Assembly: GCA_964520755.1 (NCBI GenBank)
Contig: CAZFQI010000002.1
Span: 22,947 to 86,946, forward strand
Reading direction: 5' to 3'
Origin: an uncultured Marinobacter sp.
GTDB lineage: Bacteria > Pseudomonadota > Gammaproteobacteria > Pseudomonadales > Oleiphilaceae
DNA length: 64,000 nt
This document shows, piece by piece, positions 43,168-52,750 of this stretch (positions are counted from its first letter, which is position 1; the number at the start of each line of letters is the position of its first letter). Under the pieces are notes generated by a model. That model did not search any database and was not told the DNA's origin. It worked only from the letters and a program-made list of their open reading frames with translations. A program made the translations under genes and the position numbers.

Positions 43168-44433
43168 TCAAAGCTCCACCCCGAAGGCCTGCGTTACCCG
43201 CAGCGCACTGCGGACACCGTCTTCGTGGAATCCGTTGAACCAGTAAGCGCCACAATAATGGGTGCGATTCTGGTTGCCGATTTCATCGTAGCGTTCCTGC
43301 GCCGCTACCGCATCCAGGGTGAACACCGGATGAGCGTACTCAAAGCGCTTGATCACCTTGTCGGGATCGATATCGCGGCTGCGATTGAGGGTCACGCAGA
43401 AGGTTTCCGATGCATCGTGGAAGTTCTGCAAGATATTCATGTTATAGGTAACGGAGACGGGCTCCGTGCTGTGGGTCGGGATAAAGTAGTTCCAGGCGGC
43501 CCAGGCGCGGCGATTGTCCGGCAACACGCTGCTGTCGGTATGAAGTACCACATCGTTGTTCTGGTACGCCATTGCGCCCAGGATATCCCGCTCTCTGTCA
43601 GTCGGGTCTCCAAGCATGGCAAGTGCCTGATCGCTATGGCACCCAAAAATCACCTGATCGAAGTGGTGATCCTCGCCCTTTACCGAGACGGTCACGCCGT
43701 TTTCATCCCTGACCACCCTGTCGACAGGGCTGTTCAGGTGCGTGGCGTCGCCCAGACGCTCCATCATCTTTTTAACGTATTGGGCAGAACCTCCGGAAAT
43801 CACCCGCCACGTGGGTCGGTCATCCACGGACAGCATGCCGTGGTTGTTGAAGAACTGCAGGAAGAACCGGATAGGAAACTGTTCCAGAATGATCTCCGGC
43901 GCTGACCAGATGGCCGCACCCATGGGCACGATGTAGTAATTCCGGAAGTAACGGGAATAACCATTACGGTTCAGATATTCGCCAAGGGTTTCCTCATTGT
44001 CGATGTTGCCCGCCTCAAGGTCTGCCCGGGTTTCCTTGTTGAAGCGCAGAATCTCCCGCACCATTTTCAGGAACGGCAGGTTGAGCAGGTTCCGGCGCTG
44101 GGCGAACAGGGTGTTCAGGCTGGTGCCGTTGTATTGCAGGCCGGTGCTGCTGCAATCCACGCTGAAGCTCATGTCGCTGACTTCCGATGGCACCCCAAGC
44201 CGATCCATCAACTTGATGAAATTGGGATAGGTCCAGTCGTTGAACACAATGAACCCCGTGTTGACCGGCCAGGTCCGGCCACCGGCTTCAACTTGCTCGG
44301 TGTTGGTGTGACCGCCGGCATAGTCGCCTGCTTCAAAAACCTCAACCTCGTGTTTCTCGGCCAAAAGCCAGGCAGCCGTGAGGCCGGAAACGCCGGCCCC
44401 AATGACAGCAATTCGCTGACGTTCACTACTCAT
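43168..44433 (-). CDS. NAD(P)/FAD-dependent oxidoreductase (amine-oxidase/phytoene-desaturase-like)
   Basis: 421 aa with an N-terminal dinucleotide-binding motif (IAVIGAGVSGLTAAWLL...EVFEAGDYAGGH). Confidence 0.8.
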   Translation of the reverse strand: MSSERQRIAVIGAGVSGLTAAWLLAEKHEVEVFEAGDYAGGHTNTEQVEAGGRTWPVNTGFIVFNDWTYPNFIKLMDRLGVPSEVSDMSFSVDCSSTGLQYNGTSLNTLFAQRRNLLNLPFLKMVREILRFNKETRADLEAGNIDNEETLGEYLNRNGYSRYFRNYYIVPMGAAIWSAPEIILEQFPIRFFLQFFNNHGMLSVDDRPTWRVISGGSAQYVKKMMERLGDATHLNSPVDRVVRDENGVTVSVKGEDHHFDQVIFGCHSDQALAMLGDPTDRERDILGAMAYQNNDVVLHTDSSVLPDNRRAWAAWNYFIPTHSTEPVSVTYNMNILQNFHDASETFCVTLNRSRDIDPDKVIKRFEYAHPVFTLDAVAAQERYDEIGNQNRTHYCGAYWFNGFHEDGVRSALRVTQAFGVEL

Positions 44434-45230
44434 CCATTGTTTTCCTGTTCGGTGTTGCTTTTACGGGCCATGGAGGCCGACATGCGGTCAATCAGGGGCC
44501 GGGGAAGGGCGCCCAGCACCTTCAGCATCCAGGTGAAGCGCTTGGGGAAGGCAATTTCGTTGTGTCCACGGGCCAGGCCGCTGACAATCCGCTCCGCCGC
44601 ATCCTCGGCTGACACCAGGAAGGGCATGGGGAAATCGTTGCGATCGGTCAGCGGGGTCTTCACAAAGCCCGGTGAGACCACCACAACGTCGATACCTTCG
44701 GCGTCGAGATCCGCCCTGAGCGCATGGGCAAAGTAAGTCAGGGCCGCTTTCGAAGCGCCGTAACCTTCTGCCCGGCCAAAGGGAAACCACCAGGCCGAGG
44801 AGCTGACGATCACCAGCGTGGCCGGTTGTCCCTTTGCCCGACTGCGTCGCAGCGCGGGCAGGGCAACATCCAGGCAACGGGCCGTGCCAATCACGTTGGT
44901 ATTGATGTTTTTCTCGATCACGTCACTGCTGTAATGCGCTATCTCGAGATACTCACAGGTGCCGGCGTTGAGAATCACCATGTTCAGATCGCCGTGACTC
45001 TCCAGGGTCCCGGCAATCGATTGAAGATCCTCCTTGCTGGTGGTATCTGCGGCAGCCGGGATAATACGTTCGGGTGCAGCGGAGGCAAGCTCCTCGAGCG
45101 CCTCCTTACGTCGGCCGGTAATAACAAGCCGGTGGCCACCGCGTGCCAGAGCGCGGGTAACGGATTCGCCAATTCCCGAACTTGCGCCGGTAATCCAGAT
45201 GTTCGAGGTTTCCTGAAGTCGATCACTCAT
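44430..45230 (-). CDS. Short-chain dehydrogenase/reductase (SDR)
   Basis: 266 aa with TGASSGIG and YGASKAAL (YxxxK) motifs. Confidence 0.9.
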   Translation of the reverse strand: MSDRLQETSNIWITGASSGIGESVTRALARGGHRLVITGRRKEALEELASAAPERIIPAAADTTSKEDLQSIAGTLESHGDLNMVILNAGTCEYLEIAHYSSDVIEKNINTNVIGTARCLDVALPALRRSRAKGQPATLVIVSSSAWWFPFGRAEGYGASKAALTYFAHALRADLDAEGIDVVVVSPGFVKTPLTDRNDFPMPFLVSAEDAAERIVSGLARGHNEIAFPKRFTWMLKVLGALPRPLIDRMSASMARKSNTEQENNG

Positions 45231-45694
45231 CCGGCCTGATCCTTGATCCAGCGAATGACCCTGCCAACCACGGGCAGGTTTTCGTAGAGCATTTCCCCTG
45301 CGTCAAAGTAATCCCGGTGGTAGCACACCATGCCATCACGGATTTCCAGGTGGCTGATGCCCTGAACCTGAACTTCACGGCCTTTGCGAATGCGCTTGTG
45401 CCGCAAATGCATCACCCAGGGCACGGCCGCAAATTCGCCCTGGACAACCGCGTCCCCGAACTCGAAGTGACAGGAGATGACGTTCGCATAAGCACCGGCA
45501 AAATAGCGGGTCAATTCGTCAAGTCCGCTCACAGCGCTCAAAGGGTCCTGGAAACGGATATCTTCGCTGTACACCTGGGACAGTTTGTTGAGATTGCCTT
45601 TATCAAGCTCGTTGAACAGCGCCCGGAAACTATCGAGCGTTGCCGGCACCGCCGAGTTACGCGTACCTACTTCGATCTTTGAGGCGGTTGTCAT
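45227..45694 (-). CDS. NTF2/SnoaL-like fold protein
   Basis: 155 aa. The LNKLSQVYSEDIRFQDPLSAVSGLDEL pattern is typical of SnoaL-like proteins. It has 4-nt overlaps on both sides. Confidence 0.55.
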   Translation of the reverse strand: MTTASKIEVGTRNSAVPATLDSFRALFNELDKGNLNKLSQVYSEDIRFQDPLSAVSGLDELTRYFAGAYANVISCHFEFGDAVVQGEFAAVPWVMHLRHKRIRKGREVQVQGISHLEIRDGMVCYHRDYFDAGEMLYENLPVVGRVIRWIKDQAG

Positions 45695-46647
45695 TGCCTG
45701 CTCCTCCTCATTTTATCCAGTTCGCGTGTTTCTTCCTGAATATGTTTGGGTATCGGGTTTAGCTCCCAGATGATGCCGAGCTTGGACATCAGCCAGAGGC
45801 CGTACCAGGTGATGTCTATCTCATACCACCGGAATCCCTGACGCACTGACTGGGGCCACCGGTGATGGTTGTTGTGCCAACCCTCGCCCAGCGTTAGCAG
45901 GGCCAGCCAGAAGTTGTTGCGGCTGTCGTCCGATGTCTCGAACCTGCGCTTGCCCCAGACGTGGGAGAGTGAATTAATGGATACCGTGGCATGGAACAGC
46001 ACCACCGTCGAAATAAAGAAACCCCAGACCAGCAATTGCAGGCCATTGGTTCCCAGTCCCGGCGCCCAGGCCGCAAGGGCTTCACCCAACGCATAGATGC
46101 CGACAGCCGCCAGAGCAGGCACCAGGGAATCGAAACGGTTAATGAGCTTGAGCTCGGGGAATTTCAGCCAGTCCCGGATTCGCCGTTCGTCAGTCGCGAA
46201 TCCGGCATCACAGGTGAACCAGCCCATATGCGACCACCAGAACCCGCCCTGATGGGGCGAGTGAAGATCCTGCTCATCATCGGAATGTTGATGATGATGG
46301 CGGTGATGAGCCGCCCACCACAGTGGTCCTCGCTGGGCCGCGCTGGCCCCGAGAACGGCAAATACGAACTGGGCAGGGCGGCTGGTTTTGAACGTCTTGT
46401 GGGCGAAGTAACGGTGGTAGAATCCGGTAATCGCGAACATGCGCACCAGGAAGAAAGCGATCGCAAACCCCACGGCGAATGCGCTGGTGCCGGTGTAGAT
46501 GGCCAGAAAGCAGGCCAGATGGAGTGCTATGAACGGAATAACCCGCAGGAAATTGAACGATCTGGAGGTGGTGTCAATGTGATCCGAACCCGCTTCGGAG
46601 TCGAACCATCTCAAAATATTTGTAAGCAAATGCTGCACTCGGGTCAT
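45691..46647 (-). CDS. Membrane fatty-acid (acyl-CoA/acyl-lipid) desaturase
   Basis: 318 aa with three His boxes (HRYFAH, HHRHHH, HNNHH) and TM segments. It is the first gene of the operon. Confidence 0.85.
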   Translation of the reverse strand: MTRVQHLLTNILRWFDSEAGSDHIDTTSRSFNFLRVIPFIALHLACFLAIYTGTSAFAVGFAIAFFLVRMFAITGFYHRYFAHKTFKTSRPAQFVFAVLGASAAQRGPLWWAAHHRHHHQHSDDEQDLHSPHQGGFWWSHMGWFTCDAGFATDERRIRDWLKFPELKLINRFDSLVPALAAVGIYALGEALAAWAPGLGTNGLQLLVWGFFISTVVLFHATVSINSLSHVWGKRRFETSDDSRNNFWLALLTLGEGWHNNHHRWPQSVRQGFRWYEIDITWYGLWLMSKLGIIWELNPIPKHIQEETRELDKMRRSRQ

Positions 46648-46764
46648 ACCCTGATTGCCCTTTCTTTACTAATGGAATCTTGATCGCACGAACAGCCTGG
46701 TGGCCGAACCTGTTTCATGGGGAGTTGTACGATCTCACTACCGGAATTGGATGCACGATAAACC

Positions 46765-47793
46765 ATGTTTAATCAAACCTTTCATTCGCCTGTTATACGC
46801 CGTGTTGCCATTGTTGGTTCAGGTCTGGCGGGGCTGACGGCTGCTATTGAACTCAAGGGCCTTGGCCACGATGTCACCGTGTTCGAGAAAAGCCGTGGCC
46901 CCGGTGGCAGGCTTGCGGCAAAACGGGTTACCGGCGGATCCGCTGATATGGGCGCCCAGTACTTCACGTCCAGGAACCCGGATTTCCTGCCTTTTCTTCG
47001 CAAATTTGCCGGCGACGAGACCTTTGAGACCTGGAAGGGTCGGTTTGGTTTCGAGACAGTGGCCGGGGAGTGGGAACCGTTTCCCGCAGAAGCGCGTTTT
47101 GTGGGTACACCACGCATGACCGCCATTACCCGGGCGCTCTCTGCCCATGCCCGTTTGGTGGCTGAGACCCGGGTCGGAAAGTTGGCCCGAAACGACCAGG
47201 CCTGGAGTGTTTTCGACGACGCCGGCAGTCATCTCGGTGACTTCCATCAGGTTATTATCACTGCGCCGCCGGCACAGGCCCGGGAGCTGATGGTCAATAG
47301 CGGGCTCAACGAACTGGCCTCACATCTTGATGATCCGGTTAAGCGGGTTCTGCCATGCTGGGCTGTCGCTGCCCATTTTCCGGTATCGCCGTGGCCACAC
47401 CACGAGGGCATGCGCTGCCAGCATCCAGCGCTGTTCTGGGTGGCCAACAACTCCAGCAAACCCGGTCGGAACGACGAGGGGCAATGGTGGGTTCTGCACG
47501 CCAGTCCCGCCTGGACGGAAGAACATGTCGACACGCCGGCAGAGGCGGTTGCCGAAAAACTCCTGGCGGCCTTCCAGGAGCTGACCGGGTTCGAGGCCGG
47601 ACCGGACGAGGTTGTCACCCATCGCTGGCTCTACGCCCGCTCCGAAGGCGGAGAACAGCCAGGCCATCTATGGTTCGCGGATTACGGGCTGGGTCTTGCC
47701 GGCGACTGGCTCAGTGGTGGCCGGGTTGAAGGCGCATTCGACAGTGCCTGTGGGCTGGTCGCCGAACTCAATGCCGTGCCTGCTACTCAGTGA
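46765..47793 (+). CDS. NAD(P)/FAD-dependent oxidoreductase (renalase-like, COG3380-type)
   Basis: 342 aa with the VAIVGSGLAGLTAAIELKGLGHDVTVFEKSRGPGGR motif. Confidence 0.7.
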   Translation: MFNQTFHSPVIRRVAIVGSGLAGLTAAIELKGLGHDVTVFEKSRGPGGRLAAKRVTGGSADMGAQYFTSRNPDFLPFLRKFAGDETFETWKGRFGFETVAGEWEPFPAEARFVGTPRMTAITRALSAHARLVAETRVGKLARNDQAWSVFDDAGSHLGDFHQVIITAPPAQARELMVNSGLNELASHLDDPVKRVLPCWAVAAHFPVSPWPHHEGMRCQHPALFWVANNSSKPGRNDEGQWWVLHASPAWTEEHVDTPAEAVAEKLLAAFQELTGFEAGPDEVVTHRWLYARSEGGEQPGHLWFADYGLGLAGDWLSGGRVEGAFDSACGLVAELNAVPATQ

Positions 47794-49267
47794 GAGAACC
47801 CTGGTTGCCGGTGGTGACATCCGGGCGAGTGTAGAAATGGGTGATGGTGCCGTCACTGAACTTGCTGAAGAAGGCGCTCACATCGGTGATCTTCTTCAGT
47901 GAACGGGTGCGGTGAATGGGCTCGCGCACCAGCACCTTGATACCGTTGAAATTGTCCTGAATATTGGAGAAGCGCGCTCGCATGGAGCAGGTCACTACCT
48001 GCGACGGATTGAGGGCGAGCTCTGCTGCCAACCAGACGCTGTGGCGTTCAATGCCGCGGGCCGAAAGGTCTTCCCGGGTATCCAGGTGGTTCAGCTTCAC
48101 CCGGTTGACGATGCAAAAAGAGAAGCTCTTGGGATGTTTGCGGGCCACTTTCCGGAAGGCCTCCCAGAAGAAGTTATCGGTGAGCTCTGCAAAATACGCC
48201 ATATCGCTCAGGCAAGTATCCACCCATTCGAAATTCTCCGGGTCATCCAGTACCTCGTTGATCGCTTCCCGAAGCAGCCAGTCAAAGCCCAGCGCGGTCT
48301 TGTGGGCATACACCTTCCGGTACATCTGGTGCCGGCTATAAACAAAATCCTCAAGCGCACCCAGGCCTTTCTGGGTGATCGCCAGCCCCAGCCAGGGCTC
48401 GGAAACATCCCAACCGAAACGCAGGTTGCTCAGCAGGTGATCCAGATTGAAACCGCCGATGGTGACTGACGAGTGGAATCCATCACGGAGCATATAATCG
48501 GCGCGGTCGGCGTCGATCTCACCGGATACAATGGATGAGAGAAGGTCCATCACCAGCCCCGGAATATTGTCGCTCAGGGGCGATCCCGCGGCCGCATCTT
48601 CGCCCGCAATAAAGGCCCAGAAGGTGCGGGCATGGCGGCAGAATGTCTCGCTGGGTCTTACGCTGGTGGTTTCCATGATGCCGATAACATCCCGGGCGTA
48701 AAGACCAGCACTCTCCAGATCCACTGCCATGAGCACATCGTGGGCAACTCGCACGGAATAATGCTCGTGTTCCAGTTCAGCGGGCTCTTCCGGGTGATAG
48801 ACGGAATAATCCACACCGTGCCACAGATCCCGGAAACGGCCGGGCCGCGACATCAGCTCCCGGATGCGTCGAGCCTGGGTAAACTGATGGGAAAAACTGG
48901 AATGGCCGCTGTCATGGAGCAGACAACCCAGCCGGATGGTCTTGGCGAGGTAATCAATGGCGTCGAGTTGGCTCAGACTCAGATCGGTCTGCTCACTGAG
49001 CTGTCGCTCCCTGAGGTAGGCGTCGATCATTGATCGGAACATCCGGGTGCCCACGTGCATCACACCAATGCTGTGCAGGAATCGGGAGTGGGTTGCACCG
49101 GGGAACACCAGGCTCAGAATGTCGTTCTGGCAGATGTTTCGCAGGCGCTGGAACAGCGGGTGGTCGATCACCTGGATTTCGTGCCGGTAAAGTGGAATAC
49201 CTCCGTGAACCGGATCCATGATCAGCTTGTCATAGGCTCCGAGAAGATCATTAACGGCACGTCTCAT
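47783..49267 (-). CDS. HD-domain phosphohydrolase (SAMHD1/dNTPase-like)
   Basis: 494 aa with HSRFLHSIGVMHV and CLLHDSGHSSFSH motifs. Confidence 0.75.
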   Translation of the reverse strand: MRRAVNDLLGAYDKLIMDPVHGGIPLYRHEIQVIDHPLFQRLRNICQNDILSLVFPGATHSRFLHSIGVMHVGTRMFRSMIDAYLRERQLSEQTDLSLSQLDAIDYLAKTIRLGCLLHDSGHSSFSHQFTQARRIRELMSRPGRFRDLWHGVDYSVYHPEEPAELEHEHYSVRVAHDVLMAVDLESAGLYARDVIGIMETTSVRPSETFCRHARTFWAFIAGEDAAAGSPLSDNIPGLVMDLLSSIVSGEIDADRADYMLRDGFHSSVTIGGFNLDHLLSNLRFGWDVSEPWLGLAITQKGLGALEDFVYSRHQMYRKVYAHKTALGFDWLLREAINEVLDDPENFEWVDTCLSDMAYFAELTDNFFWEAFRKVARKHPKSFSFCIVNRVKLNHLDTREDLSARGIERHSVWLAAELALNPSQVVTCSMRARFSNIQDNFNGIKVLVREPIHRTRSLKKITDVSAFFSKFSDGTITHFYTRPDVTTGNQGSLTE

Positions 49268-49381
49268 CAGATGGAATCTCCCAATTTCATAAAACTGGCC
49301 TTGTTATATCACAGGGGCGTGCCAGAATAGGCTTATTCAAGCCAATTTATCGTTTATCGCTGGTAGTTTAGGGCAGTCGCC

Positions 49382-50590
49382 ATGACCTCGCGCACCGAGC
49401 GCATACTTATAATAGATGCCGATGAACAGGCCCGAACGGATCTCGCCCGCTACCTTGAAGCGAGGGGGTTCTACGTGACTGGCTATCCGGATCTCGCCAG
49501 CGCCAAAGCACTCTTTGACGATAACATTCCCGACGTCATCTTTGCAGACCTGTCTCCTGAGGCCATCCGGGACCTTGCCAATCGTCTGGAAGAAGCAGAG
49601 ACCTTTACCCCGATTGTGGCCTGTTCATCGAGTGAATCCAGTGCCGACGTGGTCAGCGCGCTGCGCGCCGGTGCCGCGGATTTTGTCCTGAAGCCCTGTA
49701 ACGACGACAAGGGTGCGCTGGATGATGTCCTTGGAAAACTGTTTGACCGGGTCCGGGTCAACCGGCTGAACCAGCTTTACCGGCAGGAACTGGAAGAGGC
49801 GAACCGGGATCTGCGGGACGGCATAGCCGAATTGCGGGCGGATCAGCGCGCCGGCCGGAAGGTTCAGCTACGGATGCTGCCAGAGCACGAGCAGGTGATG
49901 AGTGGTCTGCACGTGGACCATATGATCAAGCCGTCGCTGTATCTCAGCGGTGATTTTCTGGATTACTTCCGTATCTCCGACGACAAGGTACTGGTCTACA
50001 TTGCTGACGTCTCCGGCCACGGCGCCAGCTCCGCGTTCGTGACAGTGCTGCTCAAGAACCTCACCAACCGCCTTCAGCGCAACCTGCGCCGGGGCTCCAG
50101 TGAAGACATCCTGTACCCGGACCGCTTCCTTGAACGGATTAACTCGGAACTGCTCGATACCGGGCTCGGAAAACACGTAACGGTATTCGTTGGCATCATT
50201 TCCCTGAGCGAGCGTAAACTTAATTACGCGGTAGGCGCACATTTCCCGATGCCCATCCTGTCCTTCGAAGGTGGCGAAACGGCTTTTCTGGAGGGTAGCG
50301 GGCTGCCGGTAGGGTTGTTCGAGACGCCGGAGTGGGAAGTGTACGAAGTACCCCTTAACAAACCCTTTCATCTGACCCTGTTTTCGGATGGAATTCTGGA
50401 GGTGATCCGGGAAAAAGGACTGGACGAAAAGGAACGGACGCTACTTGAACTCGTATCGGGAGGTCGTCACACTATCGCCTCTCTTAACGGCGCTCTGCAT
50501 CTTGATGAGATCACAGAGCTGCCGGACGATATCGCTATCGTGTCGGTAACTGATACCATGAACGGATCAGATAACACCTCGTCGAATTAG
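49382..50590 (+). CDS. Response regulator fused to a PP2C/SpoIIE phosphatase (RssB-like architecture)
   Basis: 402 aa with an N-terminal REC domain (ILIIDADEQ...DVIFADL) and a C-terminal PP2C domain (SGDFLDYF...ADVSGHGASSAF...LFSDGILE). Confidence 0.8.
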   Translation: MTSRTERILIIDADEQARTDLARYLEARGFYVTGYPDLASAKALFDDNIPDVIFADLSPEAIRDLANRLEEAETFTPIVACSSSESSADVVSALRAGAADFVLKPCNDDKGALDDVLGKLFDRVRVNRLNQLYRQELEEANRDLRDGIAELRADQRAGRKVQLRMLPEHEQVMSGLHVDHMIKPSLYLSGDFLDYFRISDDKVLVYIADVSGHGASSAFVTVLLKNLTNRLQRNLRRGSSEDILYPDRFLERINSELLDTGLGKHVTVFVGIISLSERKLNYAVGAHFPMPILSFEGGETAFLEGSGLPVGLFETPEWEVYEVPLNKPFHLTLFSDGILEVIREKGLDEKERTLLELVSGGRHTIASLNGALHLDEITELPDDIAIVSVTDTMNGSDNTSSN

Positions 50591-50604
50591 TGGCAGTGTG
50601 AAAC

Positions 50605-51096
50605 ATGGCTGGTTACAAGATCCTGCAAGCTGAAAAACAGGGCATTTATGTCCTGAAGTTTATTGGGGAAATCCGGCTGAACCTGTGTTCGACGCTGGAC
50701 AATCTGGTTGAGTCCATTACCCAGGACCCCCAGTTCAAGACCGTGGTAGTCGATCTGACCGAAACCGAGATCATCGACAGCACCACGCTCGGTCTGCTCG
50801 CCAAGATTGCCATGGCGGCCCAGAAACAGAGCCATTTCCTGCCCACGCTGATTTCAACCAATCCTGACATTACCCGCATTATCACTTCCATGGGATTCGA
50901 CAAGATCTTTATCATTGTCCGAGAACCCGCGTCCCGTATTGAAGAACTTGAGGAAATACCTGTACTCAGAGCCAGCGAACAGCAGGTTCGGGACAAGGTT
51001 CTGGACGCCCACAAGGTGCTGATGGGCATGAACAGCCGAAACAGGGAAGAGTTCAAGAATCTGGTGCGCGCTCTGGAATGTGAAGAGCCCGGCTGA
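50605..51096 (+). CDS. STAS-domain protein (anti-sigma-factor antagonist type)
   Basis: 163 aa with the VVVDLTETEIIDSTTLGLL motif, which carries the conserved Ser/Thr position. It lies 14 nt after the REC-PP2C gene. Confidence 0.8.
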   Translation: MAGYKILQAEKQGIYVLKFIGEIRLNLCSTLDNLVESITQDPQFKTVVVDLTETEIIDSTTLGLLAKIAMAAQKQSHFLPTLISTNPDITRIITSMGFDKIFIIVREPASRIEELEEIPVLRASEQQVRDKVLDAHKVLMGMNSRNREEFKNLVRALECEEPG

Positions 51097-51154
51097 CGCC
51101 TGTTGAGCGCGGCGATGCCGGTTTCACACCCGATCTGACAAAAACGGAAGAATT

Positions 51155-52222
51155 ATGTCTGAACAAACGACGCCTCGGGAAAATGAGGCAACCGGACCGA
51201 TGCGTGATGTAGCGGTTTTGGGCGGCGGCAGTTTCGGTACCGCCATGGCCAAGGTGCTTGGTGAAAACGGTCACCGCGTCCATTTCTGGATGCGTGGCGA
51301 AGCCCAGGCCGAGGAAATCCGCAGCACCCGGATCAACAGCCGGTACATGCCCGGCATCGAACTCGCCGGTGATATTCAGCCCACCACCGACCTTGCGGAT
51401 GCTGTCAGCAAGGCCGAAATTGTATTTGTCGCCATTCCCAGCAAGGCCTTCCGGGCTGTTATTCGCGAGAACTCCGACAAATTCCGCGACGACCAGATTG
51501 TTGTCAGCCTGACCAAGGGCATTGAAGAGCACGGCTTTAAACTGATGAGCGAGATTCTCCAGGAGGAGATTCCGCGCTGTCGCATCGGTGTACTCAGCGG
51601 GCCCAACCTGGCGGGTGAAATCGTTAACCGGGACCTGACCGCCACCGTGATCGCAGCGAAGGATCCGGATGTCCGTCGCTCGGTTCAGGATCTCCTGGGC
51701 TGCGAGTACTTCCGTGTATACGCCAATGTGGATGTGTACGGCGTTGAGCTGGCCGGAGCTCTCAAGAATATCTATGCCATTGTCGCTGGCCTTGCCTCCG
51801 CTCTGGAGATGGGGGAGAACGCCAAGGCCATGCTGATCACCCGGGGTCTTGCCGAGATGAGCCGGTTTGCAGTGAGCCTGGGCGCCAACCCGATGACTTT
51901 TATGGGGCTTGCAGGCGTTGGCGACCTGATAGTGACATGTACCTCCTCCAAGAGCCGTAACTACCGTGTTGGCTTTGCAGTCGGAAAAGGCCAGAAACTG
52001 GACGACGCGGTCGCGGAGCTCGGGCAGGTGGCCGAAGGGATCTACACCCTGAAACTGGTCAAGGAGAAGGCCGAGTCCATCGGGATATACATGCCGCTGG
52101 TGCGCGGCCTGTATGAGATCCTGTACGAACATGCTTCAATAAAGGCCGTGATCAACAGTTTGATGATGTCGGTCCAGAATTCCGACGTAGAATTCATACT
52201 GCCGAGGACCATCAGCCAGTAG
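51155..52222 (+). CDS. gpsA: NAD(P)H-dependent glycerol-3-phosphate dehydrogenase
   Basis: 355 aa with [24 protein letters not shown] and [14 protein letters not shown] motifs. Confidence 0.95.
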   Translation: MSEQTTPRENEATGPMRDVAVLGGGSFGTAMAKVLGENGHRVHFWMRGEAQAEEIRSTRINSRYMPGIELAGDIQPTTDLADAVSKAEIVFVAIPSKAFRAVIRENSDKFRDDQIVVSLTKGIEEHGFKLMSEILQEEIPRCRIGVLSGPNLAGEIVNRDLTATVIAAKDPDVRRSVQDLLGCEYFRVYANVDVYGVELAGALKNIYAIVAGLASALEMGENAKAMLITRGLAEMSRFAVSLGANPMTFMGLAGVGDLIVTCTSSKSRNYRVGFAVGKGQKLDDAVAELGQVAEGIYTLKLVKEKAESIGIYMPLVRGLYEILYEHASIKAVINSLMMSVQNSDVEFILPRTISQ

Positions 52223-52255
52223 ACGGCCCGGGAATATCTGGACAGGAGACTGCCT

Positions 52256-52705
52256 TTGCAACTGCTCATCATGCGCCACGGCGAGGCCGGCTGGCATACG
52301 CTGGACCAGGAGCGTGAGCTGACAGAATCCGGTCGGCTGGGCGTTGCCGAGGTCGCCGCACGTATTGCCGAGTCTCCCTGGCGGCCCAGGTTGATATGGA
52401 GCAGTCCTTACGTACGGGCCAGGCAAACTGCGGCCATCGTTTCCGAGATTCTCAATTGTCCGGTGGAAGAAAAGATGTTTCTCACCCCGGATGATGATCC
52501 GGGGGAATGCCTCGACGCCCTCATCGAACAGCACGACTCGCCACTGATGATTGTCTCCCACATGCCACTGGTCGGTGGCCTGGCCACTTTACTGGTAGAC
52601 GCCCACCGCCGGGGTATCCCGTTCATGACCTCCCAGGCCGTGATGCTGGACATGCCCGTGGTCGGCCCCGGCTGCGCAGACTTGAAAGCGCAGTTTCTGC
52701 CCTGA
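52256..52705 (+). CDS. sixA: Phosphohistidine phosphatase SixA
   Basis: 149 aa with the LIMRHGEA catalytic motif and SHMPLVGGL. The start is TTG, or the ATG 15 nt downstream. Confidence 0.8.
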   Translation: MQLLIMRHGEAGWHTLDQERELTESGRLGVAEVAARIAESPWRPRLIWSSPYVRARQTAAIVSEILNCPVEEKMFLTPDDDPGECLDALIEQHDSPLMIVSHMPLVGGLATLLVDAHRRGIPFMTSQAVMLDMPVVGPGCADLKAQFLP

Positions 52706-52750
52706 TACTCCGTTTATCCGTTTTGTGAATCCTCAAATTCGAGCCTGACT

